Assembly: GCA_903897785.1 (NCBI GenBank)
Contig: CAIUCZ010000030.1
Span: forward strand, 18,212 to 82,211
Length of the DNA stretch: 64,000 nucleotides
Origin: Candidatus Falkowbacteria bacterium
GTDB taxonomy: Bacteria; Patescibacteriota; Patescibacteriia; Patescibacteriales; Patescibacteriaceae
Direction: 5' to 3'
A program made the translations under genes and the position numbers. The notes beneath the pieces are model-generated. The model had not been told where the DNA came from. It saw only the letters and a list, made by a program, of their open reading frames with translations, and ran no database searches. Of the stretch, positions 34,805-42,895 are shown piece after piece. Numbering within the stretch: the first letter of the stretch is position 1; each line of letters begins with the position of its first letter.

Positions 34805-36271
34805 TTAATTCTTAGGCCTCATTAGCGGGAAGATTTGGCATTCTCTGCTTGTTTTATTCATCAAAAAGGAAAAAACCCGTTCCGACATGCCAAAGCCGCA
34901 GGTCGGCGGCATGCCATATTCCAAGGCCTGGACAAAGTCCTCGTCCTTGCGCTGGGCTTCATCATCCCCTGCTTCGCGCAATTTTTGCTGCTCTTCAAAG
35001 CGCGAGGCTTGATCAACCGGATCATTCAACTCGCTATAGCCATTGCCCAATTCCGAACCGGCCAAGATGACTTGAAATCTCTGGGCGACATTGTTATTTT
35101 TTTCATCGCGTTTGGCCAGTGGCGAAACAGCAATCGGCACCCCGACCAAAAATCCCGGGCCGGCCAGTTGGCGGCGGCAAACTTTCCACAAGCTATCAAT
35201 GGCGCGAGTAATATTAAAACCGTTGGGATCATAATTAATGCCCAATTCTTTAAGCTTGGCTTCCATTTCCTCCAGCGTCGCGCCGGCAATATCAACGCCG
35301 GTATATTTTTTGACCGTCTGGCCATAATCATAACGTTCCCATTTGTCGCTCAAATCAACCTCGAATTTACCAATTTGAAATTTGAGCGTGCCAAAAGTTT
35401 CTTGCGCCACGTATTTAAATAATTCCTCAGTCAACTGCATGCCCATTTCATAATCGGCATAGCCCCAATAAAATTCCATCTGGGTATAATCCTGCAAGTG
35501 TTCGGCGTCCATGCCTTCGTTGCGAAACTGGCGGCCGATTTCAAAAGTTTTGTCCAGGCCGGCGACCATCAACTTTTTCTGCCATAGTTCGCCCATGGAA
35601 ATGCGCAAATAAACATCCAAGTCAAGCGCGTTATGGTGCGTCACGAACGGCCGAGCATCGGCCCCGCCCGGCGTGTTTTCCAGCACCGGCGTTTCCACTT
35701 CCACAAAACCGCGCTCGTGCAAAAATGAGCGCACGGCATTCCAGAATTTATCTTTTTTGACAATCATTGCCTTGATTTCCGGATTAGCCAAGATATCCAA
35801 ATATCTCTTGCGCAATTTTTCTTCTTCATTAGCCAGGCCATACCAATCATCAGGCAAAGGCAATAACGCCTTGCTCAAAATTTTCCAGCTTTTAACTAAC
35901 AAACTTTTTTCCCCGGCTTGCGTCACAAAACATAACCCCTGGGCCTCTATAAAATCGCCTTGGTCAATTAATTTTACAAATTGTTTATATAACTCATCGC
36001 CGACTTCTTTTTTGGAAATCACCACCTGCATTCGGCCGCTATCGTCTTCCAGTTCGGCAAAGCTGATGTTGCCATGAGTGCGAATCACCCGCAGTCGACC
36101 GGCCAGACAGACTTCGCCGGCTGCCTTTTCCAACTGTTCAAAATCAGCCAGCGCTAGTTTTGCCATGTGGGTGCGCGTAACTTTGGCCGGATAAGGATTA
36201 ACACCGGAATTTTTTAAAGTCTGCAATTTTTTGAGGCGATCTTGATGCTCGCCGGGCTTGAGGTCGGACAT
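34805..36271 (-). CDS. lysS: lysine--tRNA ligase (class II)
   Basis: OB anticodon-binding domain followed by the class II core (FVEVETPVL, FEIGRQFRNEG, GFGMSERV). Confidence 0.95.
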   Translation of the reverse strand: MSDLKPGEHQDRLKKLQTLKNSGVNPYPAKVTRTHMAKLALADFEQLEKAAGEVCLAGRLRVIRTHGNISFAELEDDSGRMQVVISKKEVGDELYKQFVKLIDQGDFIEAQGLCFVTQAGEKSLLVKSWKILSKALLPLPDDWYGLANEEEKLRKRYLDILANPEIKAMIVKKDKFWNAVRSFLHERGFVEVETPVLENTPGGADARPFVTHHNALDLDVYLRISMGELWQKKLMVAGLDKTFEIGRQFRNEGMDAEHLQDYTQMEFYWGYADYEMGMQLTEELFKYVAQETFGTLKFQIGKFEVDLSDKWERYDYGQTVKKYTGVDIAGATLEEMEAKLKELGINYDPNGFNITRAIDSLWKVCRRQLAGPGFLVGVPIAVSPLAKRDEKNNNVAQRFQVILAGSELGNGYSELNDPVDQASRFEEQQKLREAGDDEAQRKDEDFVQALEYGMPPTCGFGMSERVFSFLMNKTSRECQIFPLMRPKN

Positions 36272-36308
36272 AATTTTAGGTTATTACTTGTAGGTTTTGA
36301 CTATGGTT

Positions 36309-36337
36309 ATTTTAAACAATTTTTAGCAAGAAGTCAA
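36309..36337 (-). promoter_or_regulatory. sigma70-like promoter for lysS
   Basis: Minus strand: TTGACT (36337-36332), 17-nt spacer, TAAAAT (36314-36309). Confidence 0.4.
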
Positions 36338-36370
36338 AAAAGAAGCGCGCCTTGTTTATGGCACGCTTCT
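36336..36370 (-). terminator. intrinsic terminator after greA
   Basis: Minus strand: agaagcgtgcc ataaaca aggcgcgcttct followed by tttttt. Confidence 0.65.
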
Positions 36371-36394
36371 AGCGGGTTTGGTTTAAATTTTAAG

Positions 36395-36847
36395 CTAATC
36401 TATTTTTTTAATTTCGTATTCAATTACGCCTTTCGGTGTTTTGACCATCACCTTGGCACCCTTGCCTTTACCCAAAAAAGCCAGGCCCAGCGGCGATTCA
36501 TTGGAAATCTTGCCCGAGAGCGGATCGGCTTCGTTAAAACTGACAATGGTAAACTCCTTTTCCTGCCCCTGGGCTTTAACCTTAACGACCGAGCCCATGC
36601 CGACCTTATCCTTGTCATGTCCTTCGGATACGGTCAAATTTTTCAACATGTTGGCGATTTCTATAATTTTCCCTTCGTTAAAAGCTTGGGCCTCTTTGGC
36701 GTCGGCATACTCGGCATTTTCCGATAAATCACCCAGCTCTTTAGCCCGTTCAATTCGGTCGGCGATTTCCCGGCGGCGCACCGTGGACAGCATGTTCAAT
36801 TCGTCGACCAGCTTTTGATAGCCCTCTTGAGAGATAATTTGGGACAT
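36395..36847 (-). CDS. greA: transcription elongation factor GreA
   Basis: LGDLSENAEYADAKEAQ in the coiled-coil finger; C-terminal FKBP-like domain. Confidence 0.93.
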   Translation of the reverse strand: MSQIISQEGYQKLVDELNMLSTVRRREIADRIERAKELGDLSENAEYADAKEAQAFNEGKIIEIANMLKNLTVSEGHDKDKVGMGSVVKVKAQGQEKEFTIVSFNEADPLSGKISNESPLGLAFLGKGKGAKVMVKTPKGVIEYEIKKID

Positions 36848-36921
36848 AGTTTTGTTTATAAAAAAATAATTTATGAACAGATAATACTCTAGAACGATAA
36901 ATTTAGCAAGCCTCTGATTTT

Positions 36922-36996
36922 GTCATCCCGAGGAACGAGGAATCTCTAAAACCATAAGCCGGAGGTGTAAGAGATTCCTCGCAAGCTCGGGATGAC
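36922..36996. repeat. A-family hairpin repeat
   Basis: gtcatcccgaggaacgaggaatctct / agagattcctcgcaagctcgggatgac. Confidence 0.85.
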
Positions 36997-37006
36997 ACAT
37001 ACTATG

Positions 37007-37453
37007 TTATTTTATGCTTAAACTCTGCCCTATTTGCAACTGATATTTGTCTATAAATCCGGCATTCACTTCCAGCACATCAGTAATCAGCTGGCGTGAG
37101 GGATAAAAATTTTTGGGCATCGCCCCTTCCGGCGGCAAATTCTTATCCAACTGCACGATTTTATTGTCATTCAACCAAATCAAATCGAGCGGAAAGTTCA
37201 TATCTTTCATCCAGAATTTTTGATTTTGCGGCTTGTCAAACACAAACAGCATGCCGCAAGTCTGGCACAAACTTGGCCGAGAACTTAAACCTTGAACTTG
37301 CTGTTGGTCTGTTAGAGCCAGCTCCAAGCTGATTTTTTGACCATTCAAACTTAAAGTTTTATTCGCGCGCGGATAAATCCAAAAAACTATCAGGCCGACA
37401 ATCAATGCCGCGATAATTATTAATGGCAAGGTGATAGATTTTTTAGCTGACAT
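37007..37453 (-). CDS. DUF192 domain protein
   Basis: N-terminal TM helix; GMLFVF ... FWMKDMNFPLDLIWL is typical of DUF192. Confidence 0.75.
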   Translation of the reverse strand: MSAKKSITLPLIIIAALIVGLIVFWIYPRANKTLSLNGQKISLELALTDQQQVQGLSSRPSLCQTCGMLFVFDKPQNQKFWMKDMNFPLDLIWLNDNKIVQLDKNLPPEGAMPKNFYPSRQLITDVLEVNAGFIDKYQLQIGQSLSIK

Positions 37454-37454
37454 A

Positions 37455-37538
37455 GTTCATAAAGTTATAAAGTTATAAAGTTATAAAGCGCGAAACTTTA
37501 TGAACTTTACGAACTTTATAACTTTCAACTTTATAAAC
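37455..37538. repeat. D-family word hairpin
   Basis: gttcataaagttataaagttataaagttataaagcg / cgaaactttatgaactttacgaactttataactttcaactttataaac. Confidence 0.85.
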
Positions 37539-37539
37539 T

Positions 37540-38229
37540 CTAATTCGGCAATTGATGTTTCTGTTTTATAATCGCCATCGCCTCTTCGTATTTTTTTACC
37601 TTTTTTAGGTTGGGCAAAAATTTATAAACAAAGCCCGGCAACCAAATACTCATCGTGCCGCCGCCGACAAAACTAACCAAAACTTTATCCAGCCACAAAC
37701 CGATTTTCCCTTGCTCCATCATCGTCAGCCATAAATCCCAATCTTGAAACCGTTTTATTTTTTCGTCAAAACCGGAAAAATCAGTCCGCCGCACCAAGGC
37801 AAAAGTACAGATATAAGGTTCACGGCGCAAGCGATCAACATTGTATGGCCCGCAAACAAATTTTTTCCAATCAAGCTTAAACGAACAATAAACAAAACTG
37901 ATATTCGGTTGAGCGGACAAAGCTTCTTGCATTGTCTGCAAAGCTTCCGGTTTTAGCTTGGCATCGGCATCACAAAATAAAACATACTCGCCTTTAGATT
38001 CTTTAAAGCCTCGATTCCGCGCCGCCGGAGCGCCCTTGTTTTCTTGGCTGATTAATAAAAATTTGCTAAAACGCGTTTCGTATTTTTGCAAAACGCCCAA
38101 AGTATTATCAGTCGAACCATCATTAACGATAATCACTTCAAAATCTTGATACGTTTGAGTAAGCAAGCTGTCCAAGCAAGCGCCGATGTTGGCGGCTTGG
38201 TTGTAGGCGGGAATAATAACTGAAATCAT
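37540..38229 (-). CDS. glycosyltransferase family 2
   Basis: ISVIIPAYNQ, VIIVNDGSTD, FCDADA (DXD). Confidence 0.85.
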   Translation of the reverse strand: MISVIIPAYNQAANIGACLDSLLTQTYQDFEVIIVNDGSTDNTLGVLQKYETRFSKFLLISQENKGAPAARNRGFKESKGEYVLFCDADAKLKPEALQTMQEALSAQPNISFVYCSFKLDWKKFVCGPYNVDRLRREPYICTFALVRRTDFSGFDEKIKRFQDWDLWLTMMEQGKIGLWLDKVLVSFVGGGTMSIWLPGFVYKFLPNLKKVKKYEEAMAIIKQKHQLPN

Positions 38230-38230
38230 A

Positions 38231-38268
38231 AGATTGGAATCTGGAATTTAGATTTTAGATCTGAAAAT
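38231..38268. repeat. C-family word segment
   Basis: agattggaatctggaatttagattttagatctgaaaatt. Confidence 0.6.
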
Positions 38269-38270
38269 TA

Positions 38271-39374
38271 TTAATTTTTAATTATTTCGAACATCTTTTT
38301 CGCTTGTCCTTGCCAATTAAATTGCTCATTAGCTCTTTTCTGCCCGGCCACGCCCAGCCGCTCGCGCAAACCTTTAAACTCGGCCAAGCGTAAAATGGCC
38401 GCACTGATTTGTTTGATGCTTTCCGGATCAACTAGCAGGCCGTTGACTTCATCAGCCACGGCATCGGCTACGCCGCCGGTCTTGCAGGCAATGACCGGCT
38501 TGCCGGCCAGCCCGGCCTCCAGATAAACAATGCCAAAACCCTCCACGTCGGCGCCGAGGTTGCGCGAAACCATGATAAAGATATCGCCGGCATAATACCA
38601 TAATATTTTCTCTTTGTCATCTACGCTTGACAAAAATATAATATTATTTTGTAGCCCAAGCTTCTTGGCTAACCGTTGATAATTATCCAACTCCGGACCG
38701 TTGCCAATCACCACATAAACCAAATTTGGCTGAATTTTTAAGACCTCGGGCAAGCTTTTGATTACTTGATCCACGCCTTTACGTTTGATTAAGCGGCCGA
38801 CCGTCAGCAAAATTAATTTATTTTCCAAGCCGTGCTTGCGCCGCAATTCAAACACCGGCGCCAGATTAAGGCCGGTCGATTGCGGTTCAACGCCCGGATT
38901 AACCAAATTTAATTTATTTTCCACGGCCGGGGCAAAATTTTTCACTTGACTCGACGTGTAACTATTAGCGCAAATTATTTTATGCGCGCGATTCAAGATT
39001 TTCTTGGTCAGCCATTTTTTGCGTCCGCCGGTGCTGGCCAAATTAAAATCCAGACCATGCAAAAGGACAGCATAATCAAGCTTGAAAAAATAATTAACCA
39101 GCATGGCCGCCGTGCCCAAAGGCAAAATCTGGCCGATTAAAAAATAATCACCTTGTTTTTTTGCTTTCATTTTTGCCAGCCAAAAAAAAGCCGGCAACCA
39201 ACCGATGAGCGGCCAGCCGTTAACTAATTTTTTTTGTTCGTTAGTGACGACATTCAGACTTCCTGCTGGCTCGCCCCTACCAGAGGGGGGCCAATGTCTA
39301 ACCAGACAACCATAGTAATGCGCCACCCCACCGACAGCCGGCGGATAATCAAGGGTTAAAAGCCAAATCTTCAT
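38271..39374 (-). CDS. glycosyltransferase family 4
   Basis: GGVAHYY near the N-terminus; C-terminal EGFGIVYLEAGLAGKPVI. Confidence 0.85.
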   Translation of the reverse strand: MKIWLLTLDYPPAVGGVAHYYGCLVRHWPPSGRGEPAGSLNVVTNEQKKLVNGWPLIGWLPAFFWLAKMKAKKQGDYFLIGQILPLGTAAMLVNYFFKLDYAVLLHGLDFNLASTGGRKKWLTKKILNRAHKIICANSYTSSQVKNFAPAVENKLNLVNPGVEPQSTGLNLAPVFELRRKHGLENKLILLTVGRLIKRKGVDQVIKSLPEVLKIQPNLVYVVIGNGPELDNYQRLAKKLGLQNNIIFLSSVDDKEKILWYYAGDIFIMVSRNLGADVEGFGIVYLEAGLAGKPVIACKTGGVADAVADEVNGLLVDPESIKQISAAILRLAEFKGLRERLGVAGQKRANEQFNWQGQAKKMFEIIKN

Positions 39375-39380
39375 AAACTA

Positions 39381-39457
39381 GGCGGTAGGCCGTAGGCGGT
39401 GGGCCGGTAGATTATTAGATGATTTTCTAACGACCTACTGCCTACTGCCTACCAGCC
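39381..39457. repeat. word hairpin (GGCGGTAGG / CCTACTGCC)
   Basis: ggcggtaggccgtaggcggtgggccggtag / cctactgcctactgcctaccagcc. Confidence 0.75.
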
Positions 39458-39461
39458 TAAT

Positions 39462-40898
39462 TCATTTCTTAAACGATTGCCACACGCTAATCAAATCTTC
39501 TTTGGCAAAACCTTTAAACGCGAACAGTGTCAAGCCGTAAACTAACACGCCGCACAAAATGTTTACTCCCAAATTCAAACGGCTGTTCAGATAATAAACC
39601 ACCAAACCCATCAGTGTGCTGGCCGCCAGAACTTTGCCGAACAAGCCGGCCGTTGCGCGCAACTTAATAATTTTCAGTTCGCGCACCACTTTCCAGCTCA
39701 ACACCACCAATAAAGCGGCGGCAACAATATCCGAGGCCACCGCGCCCATGACGCCCCAGGGCGGAATAAACAAACATTCCAAAATAATATTCACCACAGC
39801 GGTAATAATCATATTCCAGGTGTTGCTTTTTTGGCGATCACAGGCATTAAGCAATGAACCAAGCGGATAAGATAAAAATGTCAGAAAAATCGTGGCCGCG
39901 GTCAGACGCAGAGGCCAAATCGCTTGCGTATAGCTGGTTTTAAACAACTCGGTCAGCGGCACGGCCGTGGCGGCAATGCCAATGCCGATCGGCATAGCCA
40001 GAATCAAAGAATAGCTAATCGCTCGTTGAAAGGTTTTGCCTAGTTGATCTTTTTGATTATGCCAATAATGGCTCAAAGCCGGATACAAAGAAGCGACAAA
40101 AGCCGCGGGCAAAAACTGCAAAGCCAGGTTAATCTTAAACGGGATTTGATAAATCCCGACCGCCAGGTCATTTTTAAAATAAAACAACAGCAAGCTGTCA
40201 AAATAACCGTAAGCGCGGTTAGCAATGGCAAACAAGCCAAACGGCCAAGCCAAGATTAGCAACTTGCTCAGCCATTGCCAGTTCCAAGTCGGTTTTAAAG
40301 ACAAGTGCCAACGTCCGGCCACCGTGATGATCGCATAAACAAAAGCAAAGGCACTGGAAGCCACCTGCGCCCACATCAAAGCCACCAGATTGCCGTGGGT
40401 AGCAAAGACCAGCCAACTAACCAGCAGAGTGACCGCCTGCGACGCCACCGAAGAAATACTCTCGTATTTTAGATTATGAAAAGCGCGGCTAAAAGCAAAA
40501 ATCAAAGTGGTGACGCTATCCAGCAACATGGAAATGGCCGACACCCAAACCAAATCCGCAATTAACGGATCATAATGTCCCCAGCCGACCAAACCGGCAA
40601 TCACGGCAATCGTGCCAAGCGACAATATAGTCTTTAGCGCTAGCGCGCCGCCCAGATATTTTGTGGCGACGCTTTTGTCTTTGGCTACTTCGCGAGTAAT
40701 CAAATTGGTCAAACCCAAGTCTAAGAAAATGGAAAAAATCGTGGTCAAAGAAATGGCAAAATAGTATTTGCCCAAGTCCGCCGGCCCCAATGCCCTGGCA
40801 TACCAGGTAAAATAAATCAAAGAAATAGCCTTCTGCAAAATCAGGGCCAAGGTAAAATAAGAAGTGTTTTTTGCAATGTTAGCAACTTTTTCTGGCAT
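39462..40898 (-). CDS. MOP/Wzx-type polysaccharide flippase
   Basis: 478 aa with about 12-14 TM helices; adjacent to the GT2 and GT4 genes. Confidence 0.8.
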   Translation of the reverse strand: MPEKVANIAKNTSYFTLALILQKAISLIYFTWYARALGPADLGKYYFAISLTTIFSIFLDLGLTNLITREVAKDKSVATKYLGGALALKTILSLGTIAVIAGLVGWGHYDPLIADLVWVSAISMLLDSVTTLIFAFSRAFHNLKYESISSVASQAVTLLVSWLVFATHGNLVALMWAQVASSAFAFVYAIITVAGRWHLSLKPTWNWQWLSKLLILAWPFGLFAIANRAYGYFDSLLLFYFKNDLAVGIYQIPFKINLALQFLPAAFVASLYPALSHYWHNQKDQLGKTFQRAISYSLILAMPIGIGIAATAVPLTELFKTSYTQAIWPLRLTAATIFLTFLSYPLGSLLNACDRQKSNTWNMIITAVVNIILECLFIPPWGVMGAVASDIVAAALLVVLSWKVVRELKIIKLRATAGLFGKVLAASTLMGLVVYYLNSRLNLGVNILCGVLVYGLTLFAFKGFAKEDLISVWQSFKK

Positions 40899-40916
40899 AA
40901 GGTATCAGGTAAGTAG

Positions 40917-40949
40917 TCGCCTCTTCGGCGACCCGCCGATGAGGCGGGG
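40917..40949. repeat. J-family small hairpins (CCGCCGATGAGGCGG)
   Basis: gtcgcctcttcggcgac + ccgccgatgaggcgg. Related copies at 49387-49429 and 59210-59228. Confidence 0.65.
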
Positions 40950-41013
40950 TGAGTAGATGGCAAGCTTAAGTGCTTATTAAAACTGGCTTTAGCTTAGCAA
41001 ATTATCGTTATTT

Positions 41014-41054
41014 TTTCAAATAAAAAAATATTTGCCACTTTAATGCAAATATTT
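41014..41054 (-). terminator. intrinsic terminator after the 41068-41496 gene
   Basis: Minus strand: aaatatttgc attaaagtg gcaaatattt followed by ttttttatttg. Confidence 0.65.
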
Positions 41055-41067
41055 CTAAGAATCAGTT

Positions 41068-41496
41068 TTAGGCTTCCAGCGCCCGTAATCTCAATTCATG
41101 ATTCTGCACAATTTTCTTAACTTTAACCACATCGTCATTAACCGCCACCACATCTTCACTCTCAACTTGCCTTAAACCGGCCAATTGTTTTTCCATATTG
41201 CTTAACCGCCGGTCGGTTTTGTCGCCATTTTCAATCAGGCGATAAATTAAAGTCTCATGCTCGTCTAGGCGATCGTTTATCCCTGCTACTTCTTGTTTTA
41301 TCCCCGTTACTTCTTGTTTTATCCCTGTTACTTCCTGTTTTATCCCCGTTACTTCTTGTTTTAAATCATCAATCCGCTGATTAGTTTCATCGGACATGGT
41401 TTGCATCATGGGAAACAAAATCTCATCGCTAAATTTTAATAAAGTAGCGACCAGTTCTTCTTGGGTGATGGGTTTTTGTTCGTTATTGTTTTCCAT
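41068..41496 (-). CDS. coiled-coil protein with four tandem heptads IKQEVTG
   Basis: 142 aa; DLKQEVTGIKQEVTGIKQEVTGIKQEVAGIN. TATAAT lies 7 nt upstream of the ATG, so the mRNA may be leaderless. Confidence 0.6.
   Translation of the reverse strand: MENNNEQKPITQEELVATLLKFSDEILFPMMQTMSDETNQRIDDLKQEVTGIKQEVTGIKQEVTGIKQEVAGINDRLDEHETLIYRLIENGDKTDRRLSNMEKQLAGLRQVESEDVVAVNDDVVKVKKIVQNHELRLRALEA
41276..41359. repeat. 4 x 21-bp tandem repeat inside the CDS
   Basis: Units tttatccc(t/c)g(c/t)tacttc(t/c)tgt at 41276, 41297, 41318 and 41339. Confidence 0.9.
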
Positions 41497-41559
41497 GACA
41501 AGTATTATAGCATAAAAATAAAAAGAATAAATAACGACCCGTTAAAGCTTTGCGCCTCG

Positions 41560-42813
41560 TCAGATTCCTTGGCTACTGCATCGCTGAACGATGTCTTTAG
41601 CCTCCTTTACTCCATCGGCATAGCCGGAATAGCTATTGCCTTTTACGGCATCGCGCGCTTCTTGACAAGAGTCCTTAATAAAGTTCGTGCAGGTTTTATA
41701 CTCGCCTTGAATTTCATCAGCTTGAGCCGGAAATTTAGCTTTGTAAGTTAAAATATCTTGGCAATCTTTTAAGATTATGTTATTTACTCCATTCATCTCC
41801 AGCGTTCCAATGTCATCTTCCATAGATTTAACATTCTGCTGTTGCCTTGTGGCCACAACAGCTGCGGCGTCCTTCGTTTGTTTGCCGGTCATAACCGCTT
41901 GGCATTGATTGATTAAATCCGTTTTACGTTGGTTAGTCGGCTGAATCGTTTTGTTTACAAAGTCTGCGCACAAAGACGGCGCGAAAAAGTCTCCGCTGGA
42001 GTAATTGTTAAAATCAAGTTTTTGATATTGATCTATTTTTTTATAGCAATCGTCGAGAATGGCGGTCGGATCTATTTTTTGAAAAATCTTGCCTTTTAGC
42101 TTGTCAACCAAAACACCACAACCGTTATAATCTCTGTTGCGCACTGCCGCTGACTCTTGTTGCAAAACCCAATACGTAGTCGTGCTTTCAACGGCATCCT
42201 GGCAATCTTTTTTTGACAAGCTGTGATCGCCGGCGTAGACCGACATACTGCCCAACTGATCACATAACCCCGGATTCATTTGTCCGACGGCCGCATCAGT
42301 CGTGGTTTGCAAGAAATTTAATTGAGCGTCGTCTGCGGCTTGTTCTTTTTCGATTCTAAGATTAATTAAGTAGCCATGCAAAAGCCCAAGGCTTGCCGGT
42401 AAAACAATATTCATTGTTAATATAAAAACTAAAAAAAATAATTTCGATTTATGTTTGCCGAGAAGAACGGCAGACTCGCTAAGAATAGAATAGTTTAATA
42501 AACCAAACAGAGCGGAGGCTTGAAGAACGATCCAAAAGTCTCCAAAAAACCAAATAAACAGACAAGCAACAGCTGAAAGACAAAAAGCCATCATTAAAGC
42601 AAAAAAATAAAAAAAAGCAACTCCGCCAGTTTTGTTTTCAACGACCTTTTTATTATTAATCGGTTGATCATCCTTCGGATTATCTTCCGACTGTAACCGA
42701 AGTTGAGCTTTTTTCCCATTTACAAAAATGATACCGAAAATGGCAACAAGCAAAATAACCATCAGTATGCCAAAAAAAATTGGGATTGCAATAAGCCCTT
42801 TATAATCAAACAT
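41560..42813 (-). CDS. polytopic membrane protein with cysteine-rich extracytoplasmic domain
   Basis: GGAGGAG RBS. 4-5 N-terminal TM helices, then ~250 aa with 12 Cys. AT-rich relative to its neighbours by eye. Confidence 0.6.
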   Translation of the reverse strand: MFDYKGLIAIPIFFGILMVILLVAIFGIIFVNGKKAQLRLQSEDNPKDDQPINNKKVVENKTGGVAFFYFFALMMAFCLSAVACLFIWFFGDFWIVLQASALFGLLNYSILSESAVLLGKHKSKLFFLVFILTMNIVLPASLGLLHGYLINLRIEKEQAADDAQLNFLQTTTDAAVGQMNPGLCDQLGSMSVYAGDHSLSKKDCQDAVESTTTYWVLQQESAAVRNRDYNGCGVLVDKLKGKIFQKIDPTAILDDCYKKIDQYQKLDFNNYSSGDFFAPSLCADFVNKTIQPTNQRKTDLINQCQAVMTGKQTKDAAAVVATRQQQNVKSMEDDIGTLEMNGVNNIILKDCQDILTYKAKFPAQADEIQGEYKTCTNFIKDSCQEARDAVKGNSYSGYADGVKEAKDIVQRCSSQGI

Positions 42814-42895
42814 AAACTCCTCCGCTAAATCTAGTTTTGTTTAACATCTTTTTAATTTAAAAATTATATTTAAATTATACTCCTTATATCACTCG

